Positions 54,636 to 62,923 of a DNA stretch of 64,000 nt are shown piece by piece. Under the pieces are notes generated by a model. It saw only the letters and a program-made list of their open reading frames with translations. It made no database searches and was not told where the DNA came from. Origin of the DNA: Brotaphodocola sp. (GTDB lineage Bacteria > Bacillota > Clostridia > Lachnospirales > Lachnospiraceae); contig JBJEIZ010000002.1 in assembly GCA_051877535.1 (NCBI GenBank), forward strand, positions 945-64,944, written 5' to 3'. Position 1 is the stretch's first letter. Each line of letters starts with the position of its first letter. The translations under genes were made by a program, and so were the position numbers.

Positions 54636-54735
54636 GACATCATGTGTCATTTTTTTGTCAATTTTTGTTAAATTAAGCTGTTATTTTTTTGTCAAGTGTA
54701 ATATAATAGATAATAAAGCTCAGATCGGAGGAAAT

Positions 54736-55641
54736 ATGAACTTACAGCAGCTATATTATTTTCACAAACTGGCAAGGGTGCAGCATTATACGGAAGCTGC
54801 CAAAGAGCTATATATCACGCAGCCCAGCCTCAGTGATTCAATTTCTTCTCTGGAAAAGGAATTAGGAGTTTCTTTGTTTCAGAAAAAAGGACGTAATATT
54901 AAGCTGACCAAATATGGAATGGATTTTTTCTATTATGTCGATAAAGCTCTGAAATGTCTGGAAGAAGGAATCGCATCAGTCAAGGCGAATACCGGAGAGA
55001 TAAGCGGAACCATTGATATTGGATGTATCCCGACGCTTCTGGGGGATTTTCTTCCTGATGTCATGGATCGATACTATAAAAAGAATCCGCATACCCAGTT
55101 CAATACCTATTATGGAATGTCCGTGGATGTGGCGCTGGGAGTTTCTTCCGGAAAATACGATATCGGATTCTGTTCCATGGTGGACGATATGCCGGATCTG
55201 GTATTTGTTCCTATTACGTACCAGGAGCTGATTGCTATTGTCCAGAATACGCATCCTCTGGCAAAACGGGATGCGATAAATCTGTCAGAACTGAAGGACT
55301 ATAAGCTTTCTACTTACCGGGAGAATATTCCGATCGGAAAAGTCGTTCGGAAGCTGCTGAAAGAAAACGGGGTGGAAGCACAGTATTCTTATGATGATGA
55401 GATTTCCATAGCGGGCCGGATCTGTAAATCATCCAAGGTTGCGATCTGTGCAGATACGCCGTTTTTAAAACAGTTTGATAACCTGAAAAAGATCAAGCTA
55501 TTAGATGTACCTCTTGATACCCGAATGCTATATATGGTTTACAGCAGCAAAAATTTCAAGACTTCTGCGGTTCAGGTATTTGCTAATTTTATGGTGGCAG
55601 AGTGTTTGAATCTGCCTCCGGAGTCCAATAAAGAAGGATAG
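54736..55641 (+). CDS. LysR-family transcriptional regulator
   Basis: MNLQQLYYFHKLARVQHYTEAAKELYITQPSLSDSISSLEKELG. The start is taken at the ATG after GGAGGA; the ORF-track start at 54634 is upstream of the promoter region. Confidence 0.9.
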   Translation: MNLQQLYYFHKLARVQHYTEAAKELYITQPSLSDSISSLEKELGVSLFQKKGRNIKLTKYGMDFFYYVDKALKCLEEGIASVKANTGEISGTIDIGCIPTLLGDFLPDVMDRYYKKNPHTQFNTYYGMSVDVALGVSSGKYDIGFCSMVDDMPDLVFVPITYQELIAIVQNTHPLAKRDAINLSELKDYKLSTYRENIPIGKVVRKLLKENGVEAQYSYDDEISIAGRICKSSKVAICADTPFLKQFDNLKKIKLLDVPLDTRMLYMVYSSKNFKTSAVQVFANFMVAECLNLPPESNKEG

Positions 55642-55662
55642 AGAATAATAGGTGGAATTTTC

Positions 55663-55691
55663 TTGACATCGGCCTTTCGAATGATTATAAT
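55663..55691 (+). promoter_or_regulatory. Consensus sigma-A promoter of the marR-ABC operon
   Basis: TTGACA-17-TATAAT. The TTG used as the start in the ORF track is the -35 box. Confidence 0.65.
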
Positions 55692-55698
55692 CTATAGC

Positions 55699-56145
55699 AT
55701 GCTACATGATATGGAGGGCTGTCTTTTGCCGCAAAAAGATATTGGCTATTTTATAAAAAATATTAATGATAAGCTGAAAGTAAAAGCAGATGCAGATTTA
55801 AAGCATTATAATTTGACATTGACGCAGAGTCGCGTTCTGACTTTTCTGTACAGTAAGGGAGGCAGTGCAACGCAGAAAGAAGTCGAGGAATATCTGGAAG
55901 TATCGCATCCCACGGTTGTCGGCATTATTTCGCGAATGGAACAGAACGGACATGTTGTCTGCTGGATGGATCAGGCTGATAAGCGCAATAAGATTGTCAG
56001 GCTGTCAGAGCAGTCGGAGTCAATTGGAGCGGAGATGGAGCAAAGAATGCTTTTCAGCGAGCAGAGGATGCTTGCTTCCTTATCAAACGAAGAGATTGCC
56101 CAACTTAGAAAGATGCTGATGGTTATTTATAAAAACCTGGAGTAA
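55699..56145 (+). CDS. MarR-family transcriptional regulator
   Basis: Winged-helix region LTLTQSRVLTFLYSKGGSATQKEVEEYLEVSHPTVVGIISRME. The start is ambiguous: ATG 55699 would be nearly leaderless, and TTG 55726 follows GGAGGG. Confidence 0.8.
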   Translation: MLHDMEGCLLPQKDIGYFIKNINDKLKVKADADLKHYNLTLTQSRVLTFLYSKGGSATQKEVEEYLEVSHPTVVGIISRMEQNGHVVCWMDQADKRNKIVRLSEQSESIGAEMEQRMLFSEQRMLASLSNEEIAQLRKMLMVIYKNLE

Positions 56146-56147
56146 AT

Positions 56148-56175
56148 AAGCCGGAATTTTCCGGCTTTTCTTTCC
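56148..56175 (+). terminator. Weak hairpin/attenuator after marR
   Basis: AAGCCGG-AATTTT-CCGGCTT followed by TTCTTTCC. Confidence 0.4.
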
Positions 56176-56183
56176 TTAAAAAG

Positions 56184-56197
56184 TGTAGCGCGCTACA
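56184..56197. promoter_or_regulatory. Perfect 14-bp palindrome TGTAGCGCGCTACA just upstream of the ABC gene RBS
   Basis: It lies 8 nt before AAAGGAGA-ATG 56215. Confidence 0.45.
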
Positions 56198-56214
56198 GAG
56201 AAAGGAGATATCAT

Positions 56215-57960
56215 ATGCTTAAAACATTGAAGAAGAGTCTGAGGGAATATCAAAAAGGCTCTCTGATTACCATTGCTTTGTCCGTTCTGGAGGCGGGATT
56301 TGAGATTTTGATACCGCTTTGTATGGCAAAGGTCATCGACTTTGGAGTGGATGCAGGAAACATGAGTGCGGTGTGGAATTATGGGGCAGTGCTTCTGATG
56401 TTCGCATTTCTCCAGCTTGTGACCGGCGTACTTGCCGCGCATATCGCTGCCCGCACTGCAGTTGGTTTTTCCGCAAATTTGAGGCAGGATATGTATGACA
56501 ATGTGCAGACATTCGCTTTTTCCAATATTGATAAATTTTCTACGGCATCGATTGTAACCCGTCTGACCACGGATGTCACCAATATTCAAAATGCTTATCA
56601 GATGTTATTGCGCATGGCTATCCGGGGACCGGTTATGCTGCTTTTTTCCATGATCGTTTCTTTTCGAATTAACCGCACGATCGCATGGATCTTTTTGGGA
56701 GTGATTCCGCTCATGGCAACTCTGCTTTTACTGATTATCAAAAGGGTTAATCCAATTTTTAACCGGGTTTTTCGTACGTATGACCAGCTGAATAATATAG
56801 TACAGGAAAATGTGCGTGGAATTCGGGTTGTGAAATCTTTTAACCGGGAAGAGTATGAAATCGGAAAGTTTAAGCGTATCTCAGAAGCAATTTTTCATGA
56901 TTTTGCAAAAGGGGAATGTCTGCTTGCCTGCAACTCACCGATTATGCAGTTTTTTATGTATGCCTGCATGATTTTGATTTCCTGGATTGGAGCAAAAGCG
57001 ATTGTGTCAAGCGGGAATAACGCTGCTGTCGGGCTTACGACGGGGGATCTGACGGCTTTATTTTCATATGCGATACAGATCCTGATGAGTCTGATGGCAC
57101 TATCTATGATATTTGCCATGATTACCATTTCTCTGGCATCTGCAAAACGTATTGCAGAAATTCTGAACGAAAAGACAGAAATTTCCAATCCGGCAGAACC
57201 GATTACGGAAGTGAAAGATGGTTCAATCTGCTTTGAGCAGGTGGATTTTGTATATGCGGCCAAAGCAGATAAAAAAGTTTTGGAACAAATCAGTCTCACA
57301 ATCCGTTCGGGAGAAACAGTGGGTATCATCGGAGCTACCGGTTCCTCCAAGTCCAGTTTGGTTCAGCTGATTCCGCGTCTCTATGATGTAACCGGCGGAA
57401 GACTTCTGGTTGGCGGTGTCGATGTCAGAAATTATAATCTGGATGTACTTCGTAATGCTGTGGCTATGGTGCTGCAGAAGAATGAGCTGTTTTCCGGCAC
57501 GATCCGGGAAAATCTTCGCTGGGGCAATGAACAGGCTTCTGATGAGGAACTGGAACAGGCCTGCAGGCTTGCCTGTGCGGATGAGTTTATTCAGAGTTTT
57601 CCGGATCAATATGATACGTATCTGGAACAGGGAGGAACCAATATTTCCGGCGGTCAGAAACAGCGTCTGTGTATTGCTCGTGCACTTTTGAAGAAACCGA
57701 AGGTGCTGATCATGGATGATTCCACGAGCGCGGTGGATACCAGAACGGATGCATCCATTCAGAAGGCTTTTCAGGAATTCATTCCCGATACGACGAAAAT
57801 TATGATTGCGCAGCGTGTCAGTTCTGTACAGCATGCAGATAAGATCGTTGTTCTGGATGACGGGCGGATTGCTGCAGTGGGAACGCATAAGGATCTGCTG
57901 GAAACCTGCAGTATTTATCGGGAAGTTTATGAATCTCAGAAGAAAGGAGAAGACAAGTAA
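56215..57960 (+). CDS. ABC exporter, fused permease/ATPase (type I exporter half-transporter)
   Basis: Six TM segments then the NBD: Walker A GATGSSKSS, signature ISGGQKQR, Walker B LIMDD. Confidence 0.9.
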   Translation: MLKTLKKSLREYQKGSLITIALSVLEAGFEILIPLCMAKVIDFGVDAGNMSAVWNYGAVLLMFAFLQLVTGVLAAHIAARTAVGFSANLRQDMYDNVQTFAFSNIDKFSTASIVTRLTTDVTNIQNAYQMLLRMAIRGPVMLLFSMIVSFRINRTIAWIFLGVIPLMATLLLLIIKRVNPIFNRVFRTYDQLNNIVQENVRGIRVVKSFNREEYEIGKFKRISEAIFHDFAKGECLLACNSPIMQFFMYACMILISWIGAKAIVSSGNNAAVGLTTGDLTALFSYAIQILMSLMALSMIFAMITISLASAKRIAEILNEKTEISNPAEPITEVKDGSICFEQVDFVYAAKADKKVLEQISLTIRSGETVGIIGATGSSKSSLVQLIPRLYDVTGGRLLVGGVDVRNYNLDVLRNAVAMVLQKNELFSGTIRENLRWGNEQASDEELEQACRLACADEFIQSFPDQYDTYLEQGGTNISGGQKQRLCIARALLKKPKVLIMDDSTSAVDTRTDASIQKAFQEFIPDTTKIMIAQRVSSVQHADKIVVLDDGRIAAVGTHKDLLETCSIYREVYESQKKGEDK

Positions 57961-59834
57961 TGAATAGAAAAGATACGATTGCCAGATTGTTGTTTTACAT
58001 GAAGGAATACCAGGGACAGTTGTTTTTTGTGATGGTCTGTATTCTGTTGAGTGTGGTTGCAAATGCTGTTTCTTCGCTGTTTCTACAGATTCTGATTGAT
58101 GAGTATATCGTACCGCTGCTTGGTATGAGCAGCCCGGTATTCACGGGTCTTCTCAAGGTGCTTGTTGTTACAGGAGCGGTGTATCTTGTGGGAGTTCTGG
58201 CAACTTTGTTTTATAATCGTTTTATGGTTACCATTGCACAGGGAACTTTGAAGAAAATTCGTGACGATATGTTTGAAAAAATGCAGAGACTGCCGCTCCG
58301 CGTCTTTGATACCCGTACGCACGGGGATATCATGAGTCTTTATACCAACGATACCGATACACTTCGTCAGATGATCGCACAGTCAATGGCACAGCTGGTA
58401 TCCTCTGTGTTTACGATTGCAGTGGTATTTATCTGCATGTTGTATGTTAGTGTGTGGCTGACTCTGGCTGCAGTTGTGGTCATGTTTCTGATTATGCAGA
58501 TTGTAAAGATGATTACCTCTAAAATTGGAGTTTATTTTATGATGCAGCAGAAAACGCTGGCTGAACTCAACGGCTATGTGGAAGAAATGGTAAACGGTCA
58601 GAAGGTGATTAAAGTATTCTGCAGGGAGGATAAGACAAAGCAAGAGCTTCTGGAGAAAAACAAAGCATGGGCGATGTGTGCTGCGCGTGCCAATGGTCAT
58701 GCAAATTCCGTGATGCCGATGATGAACGCGCTAGGCTATATACAATATGTGGCAATCGCATTTCTGGGTGCTTATATGGCGATTAACGGAATCATGAACC
58801 TTGGACTGACCGGAACCGGAAAACTGACTCTTGGTATGATTGCATCGTTTCTGACACTTTCCCGCAATTTTACAAACCCGGTTTCACAGATTTCCAACCA
58901 GTTTAATGCAATAGAAACTGCTCTTGCAGGAGCTTCCCGCATTTTTGCGTTTATGGATGAAAAGCCGGAGCAGGATGAAGGATATGTGACATTGGTGAAT
59001 GTCAGGGAGGAAAACCATATGCTGATCGAGACAGAGCAGCGCACCGGAATGTGGGCATGGAAATATCCGCACCATGATGGTACCGTGACTTATACCAGAC
59101 TGGAAGGCAGAGTGGTATTGGATGATGTCGATTTCGGGTATGTTCCGGAGAAAAAGGTGCTGCATAACATTTCTGTTTACGCCGAGCCTGGGCAGAAGGT
59201 TGCTTTTGTTGGATCTACCGGAGCGGGAAAGACCACGATTACGAATCTGATCAATCGTTTTTACGATATTGACGATGGAAAGATCCGTTATGACGGGATT
59301 AACATCAATAAAATAAAAAAAGCGGATTTACGCCGTTCTCTGGGAGTGGTATTACAGGATGTAAATCTGTTCACGGGAACGGTGATGGAGAATCTGCGCT
59401 ACGGAAATCTGGATGCAACCGACGAGGAATGTGTTGCCGCTGCACGGCTTGCCAACGCAGACGGGTTTATCCGTATGCTGCCGCAAGGATATCAGACAGT
59501 TCTGAAAGGCGATGGCAGCGGTCTGTCACAGGGGCAGCGTCAGCTAATTTCCATTGCTCGTGCCGCGGTATCGAATCCGCCGGTTATGATTCTGGATGAA
59601 GCGACCTCCTCGATCGATACCCGAACAGAATCACTGGTGCAGGAGGGAATGGACCGGCTTATGGAAGGAAGAACGGTATTTGTCATTGCACATCGTCTGT
59701 CTACGGTACAGAATGCCGATGTGATCATGGTTCTGGATCATGGACGCATCATTGAACGCGGAAACCATGAAAAGCTGATTGCGGAAAAAGGAACCTATTA
59801 TCAGTTGTATACAGGAGCTTTTGAACTGGAATAA
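57960..59834 (+). CDS. ABC exporter, fused permease/ATPase (heterodimer partner)
   Basis: Walker A GSTGAGKTT, signature LSQGQRQ, Walker B ILDEATS. The start overlaps the stop of the previous gene. Confidence 0.9.
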   Translation: MNRKDTIARLLFYMKEYQGQLFFVMVCILLSVVANAVSSLFLQILIDEYIVPLLGMSSPVFTGLLKVLVVTGAVYLVGVLATLFYNRFMVTIAQGTLKKIRDDMFEKMQRLPLRVFDTRTHGDIMSLYTNDTDTLRQMIAQSMAQLVSSVFTIAVVFICMLYVSVWLTLAAVVVMFLIMQIVKMITSKIGVYFMMQQKTLAELNGYVEEMVNGQKVIKVFCREDKTKQELLEKNKAWAMCAARANGHANSVMPMMNALGYIQYVAIAFLGAYMAINGIMNLGLTGTGKLTLGMIASFLTLSRNFTNPVSQISNQFNAIETALAGASRIFAFMDEKPEQDEGYVTLVNVREENHMLIETEQRTGMWAWKYPHHDGTVTYTRLEGRVVLDDVDFGYVPEKKVLHNISVYAEPGQKVAFVGSTGAGKTTITNLINRFYDIDDGKIRYDGININKIKKADLRRSLGVVLQDVNLFTGTVMENLRYGNLDATDEECVAAARLANADGFIRMLPQGYQTVLKGDGSGLSQGQRQLISIARAAVSNPPVMILDEATSSIDTRTESLVQEGMDRLMEGRTVFVIAHRLSTVQNADVIMVLDHGRIIERGNHEKLIAEKGTYYQLYTGAFELE

Positions 59835-59852
59835 GGACAGAAACATTATGGC

Positions 59853-60872
59853 TCAGGGAAGCCGGACGGTGAAGGATGAACCTTTTCCCGGCTGGCTTTC
59901 CACCTCAATGCTTCCTTGACACAGCAAAAGAATCCGTTTCACCAGGGCAAGACCGAGACCGTTGCCGCCGCTGCTGCGGCTTCGGTCCTCCTGATAAAAT
60001 TTATCAAATATATGACTCTGTACTTCCTGGTCCATACCGATACCGGAATCTTGAAAGATAACCTGAATGGTATCCTTGTATTTTCGAAGCCGGATGGTAA
60101 TCGTACCGCCGGACGGTGTATATTTGATGGCATTGGAAAGCAGGTTTGTCCAGACTTGGACCAGCAGATCTTCATTACCCAGACAAGAAACTTCAGCTAA
60201 ATCCACGTCCATTTCCAATTCTTTTTTGTTCCATAAAGGTTCCATGGCCAGAATACAGCATCGCAGCTGCTCATCCAGAGAAAATTGACGGCGCTCCGGT
60301 GTAATCTGCTGATTTTCCAGTTTGGAAAGAAGGAGAATATTACCGGTGAGGGCAGTGAGTCTGCGGCTGCTTTCCAGAATTCTCTGTACATATTCGTTTT
60401 GTTCTTCCGACAATTTTGACGCAGACAGAAGAGAGGCGTATCCCTCCACGGTTGCCAGGGGGGTCTTGATTTCGTGGGACACATTCTGAATGAAATCGGA
60501 CTGAAGCAGTTCGATGGAATTGAGTTCTTTCACCATTCGATTAAAATTCACATTCATTTCCCGGATATCACTCCATCTTGCCTGTTCCAGAAGGTGTACG
60601 TTAAAATCCCCGCTGGTGACGGCTTTCAGTGCCTTGGTCAACTCGTGGATCGGGTGAAAAAACATCCGGGAGATGACCATCGTCAGGCTGAAGGAAAAGA
60701 TAGCCGCGGCAATGGCTGTCCCAATCATCGGAAGTTCGTGTACTGGCTTGCTTAAGGAGATGAGATCCATCTGAATACCAATGAATACCATAAACCCGGT
60801 GACTAGAAAACCGAAGAAAAAGGTCATAGAAATTGCACAGGTAAATAAAAACCACAGACGGAAATTTTTCAT
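59853..60872 (-). CDS. Sensor histidine kinase (2 TM, HAMP, HisKA, HATPase_c)
   Basis: H-box NVSHEIKTPLA, N-box LLSNAIKYTP, G-boxes DSGIGM and GGNGLGLALV. Confidence 0.9.
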   Translation of the reverse strand: MKNFRLWFLFTCAISMTFFFGFLVTGFMVFIGIQMDLISLSKPVHELPMIGTAIAAAIFSFSLTMVISRMFFHPIHELTKALKAVTSGDFNVHLLEQARWSDIREMNVNFNRMVKELNSIELLQSDFIQNVSHEIKTPLATVEGYASLLSASKLSEEQNEYVQRILESSRRLTALTGNILLLSKLENQQITPERRQFSLDEQLRCCILAMEPLWNKKELEMDVDLAEVSCLGNEDLLVQVWTNLLSNAIKYTPSGGTITIRLRKYKDTIQVIFQDSGIGMDQEVQSHIFDKFYQEDRSRSSGGNGLGLALVKRILLLCQGSIEVESQPGKGSSFTVRLP

Positions 60873-61549
60873 GACCGGATCACCGCCTTATAGCCGAGTC
60901 CGCGGATCGTCTGGATCTCAAAGTCAGGATTATTTTCAAAACGCCTGCGAATCCGGTTGATGTGGACATCAATAGTCTGGATATCAGACTGGCTGTCCAT
61001 CCCCCAGATTTCTTCCATAAGCTGCCGACGGGTAAAAATTTTATTCGGATAGGACAGCAGTTTATACAATAAGAAAAATTCTTTTGGCGGTATTGTGATG
61101 GATTCCTTTCGGTAGGTAATAGAAAGGGAGTCGTAATCCAGCAAAGTGCTGCGGAGCGTTAGCTGCCTTGAAGTCGCGATATTGGCACGGCGGAGCAATG
61201 CTTTGACACGCAGTACCATCTCGTCAAGGTCCACTGGTTTTGTCATATAGTCATCCGTTCCAAGGGAAAATCCCATACTCTTGGATGCAAAATCATCTTT
61301 TGCGGTGATCATCAGTACCGGGAGTTGGGGATTGTATTCCCGCAGTGTACGGACGAATTCGTAACCGTCCATCACCGGCATCATCACATCAGTGATTACA
61401 AGATCAATGTGTTTCGTTTCCATAATCTTCCATGCTTCTTCCCCATTGTGTGCCAGAAAGGTAGCATATCCTTCTTTTTTCAGAACAATCTGATAAAGTT
61501 TTAAGATTGGTTCTTCATCTTCTACGATCAGAATTTTCAGCATTAACAT
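60869..61549 (-). CDS. OmpR/PhoB-family response regulator
   Basis: Receiver domain KILIVEDEEP...DLVITDVMMP...TAKD. Winged-helix output IQTIRGLGYKA. The start is taken at the ATG after GGGAGGG, and the stop overlaps the kinase start. Confidence 0.9.
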   Translation of the reverse strand: MLMLKILIVEDEEPILKLYQIVLKKEGYATFLAHNGEEAWKIMETKHIDLVITDVMMPVMDGYEFVRTLREYNPQLPVLMITAKDDFASKSMGFSLGTDDYMTKPVDLDEMVLRVKALLRRANIATSRQLTLRSTLLDYDSLSITYRKESITIPPKEFFLLYKLLSYPNKIFTRRQLMEEIWGMDSQSDIQTIDVHINRIRRRFENNPDFEIQTIRGLGYKAVIRS

Positions 61550-61601
61550 TGTGGATCCCTCCCATTGCTCAGTTCCTGTTTTCATATCCTGATTATACAG
61601 G

Positions 61602-61623
61602 ACAATCATGAACTTTAGATGAA
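61602..61623 (-). promoter_or_regulatory. Two TTCAT direct repeats 11 bp apart upstream of the response-regulator -10 box
   Basis: The minus strand reads TTCATCTAAAG TTCATGATTGT CCTG TATAAT. Confidence 0.45.
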
Positions 61624-61643
61624 TTTTTACAGAGAAGGGAAAA

Positions 61644-61674
61644 AAATCACAGAGCTGTGAAATTTCTGTGATTT
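61644..61674. promoter_or_regulatory. 9-bp inverted repeat AAATCACAG-N13-CTGTGATTT (with inner palindrome TCACAG-AG-CTGTGA)
   Basis: It sits centrally in the divergent intergenic region. Confidence 0.5.
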
Positions 61675-61713
61675 CATCTTGAGTTCATCTTTATTTCAGG
61701 TCTTATTCATGAA
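61673..61713 (+). promoter_or_regulatory. Four TTCA-type direct repeats phased at 11 bp (TTCATCTT, TTCATCTT, TTCAGGTC, TTCATGAA) overlapping the -35 region of the MFP/RND promoter
   Basis: The repeats start at 61673, 61684, 61695 and 61706. An extended -10 (TGaTAAAGT) follows at 61718-61726. Confidence 0.5.
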
Positions 61714-61780
61714 CATGTGATAAAGTGACACACAGCACGAAGAATGATATCTCATTTATGAAGAACAGAAGGGAGACAAC

Positions 61781-62908
61781 ATGAAGAAAACAGTAATCAT
61801 CGGCAGTGTGATTGTAATTGCCGCCTGTGCATTGATTTTACCAAAGTTATTGACAAAGAAACCGTTTGCAGAAGCTGTGGCAGATCCCGTGGTTGAAGTG
61901 ACCCAGCCTGAAATCCGGGATATCCGGCTGACAACCGGTCTGGTAGGTAAGGTGGAGCCGGAAGAGGTGGTTTATGTTTATCCGAAAGCTGCAGGAGAAG
62001 TAAAAGAAGTTTACGTAAAACCAGGAGAACTGGTAGAAGAGGGGCAGACACTCTGTGTTCTGGATACAAAGCAGGTGGATGGTGCTAAAAGCAGTCTGGA
62101 TTCCGCAGAACTGGCATTAAAACAGGCGCAGGATGAATTATCCAGACAGTCGGTGCTCTATGCAGGCGGAGGAATCTCACAGCAGGCTTATGAACAGTAT
62201 CAGAATAATGTAAAGTCTGCTCAGATTGCCTACGACAATGCGAAGGTAAATTATGACAACCAGATATCCTACAGCCAGATTCAGGCTCCCATTTCCGGAA
62301 TTGTAGAAATCTGTAATATCGAAGTTTTTGATCAGGTTTCTCAGGGTAATCTGCTTTGCGTTATTTCCGGTCAAGGTGCAAAAATGGTTTCCTTCTCTGT
62401 GACAGAACGCATCCGCAATTATCTGCGGGAGGGAGATCAGATTGTGGTGGAAAAGGATCGGGAAAATTATGACGGTGAGGTGACGGAAGTCAGTTCTATG
62501 GCAGATTCCTCTACTGGTCTGTTTAAGGTAAAGGCACGGTTGGATAATAATCTGGATGAGACGAAACTGCCGACCGGTTCCATGGTAAAGCTTTATGTGA
62601 TATCAGAAAAAGTGGATGGGGTCATCGCAGTGCCGGTGGACTCGGTCTACTATGACGGCGGTCTGCCTTATGTGTATACTTACGACCCGGAAAATCAGTG
62701 TCTTCACAAAATCCAGGTTGAAGTGGGGCTGTATGATTCTGACTGGATTGAGGTCAAGTCAGGCATTGACCTGGATGTTCAGGTACTTACCACCTGGAGT
62801 TCAGAACTCTATGAGGGAACTAAAGTGCGTTTGAAAGATGATTGTGCAGCGAATCCGGAAAGTGTGTCCGAAAACGTGACAGAAGAGACACCACAGACCG
62901 TGCAGTAG
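61781..62908 (+). CDS. Efflux RND periplasmic adaptor (MFP/HlyD family)
   Basis: N-terminal anchor, lipoyl-like hairpin (GKVEPEEVVYVYPKAAGEVKEVYVKPGELVEEGQTL), coiled-coil region and beta-barrel region. Confidence 0.85.
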   Translation: MKKTVIIGSVIVIAACALILPKLLTKKPFAEAVADPVVEVTQPEIRDIRLTTGLVGKVEPEEVVYVYPKAAGEVKEVYVKPGELVEEGQTLCVLDTKQVDGAKSSLDSAELALKQAQDELSRQSVLYAGGGISQQAYEQYQNNVKSAQIAYDNAKVNYDNQISYSQIQAPISGIVEICNIEVFDQVSQGNLLCVISGQGAKMVSFSVTERIRNYLREGDQIVVEKDRENYDGEVTEVSSMADSSTGLFKVKARLDNNLDETKLPTGSMVKLYVISEKVDGVIAVPVDSVYYDGGLPYVYTYDPENQCLHKIQVEVGLYDSDWIEVKSGIDLDVQVLTTWSSELYEGTKVRLKDDCAANPESVSENVTEETPQTVQ

Positions 62909-62923
62909 AAGGGGGAGAAAAAC

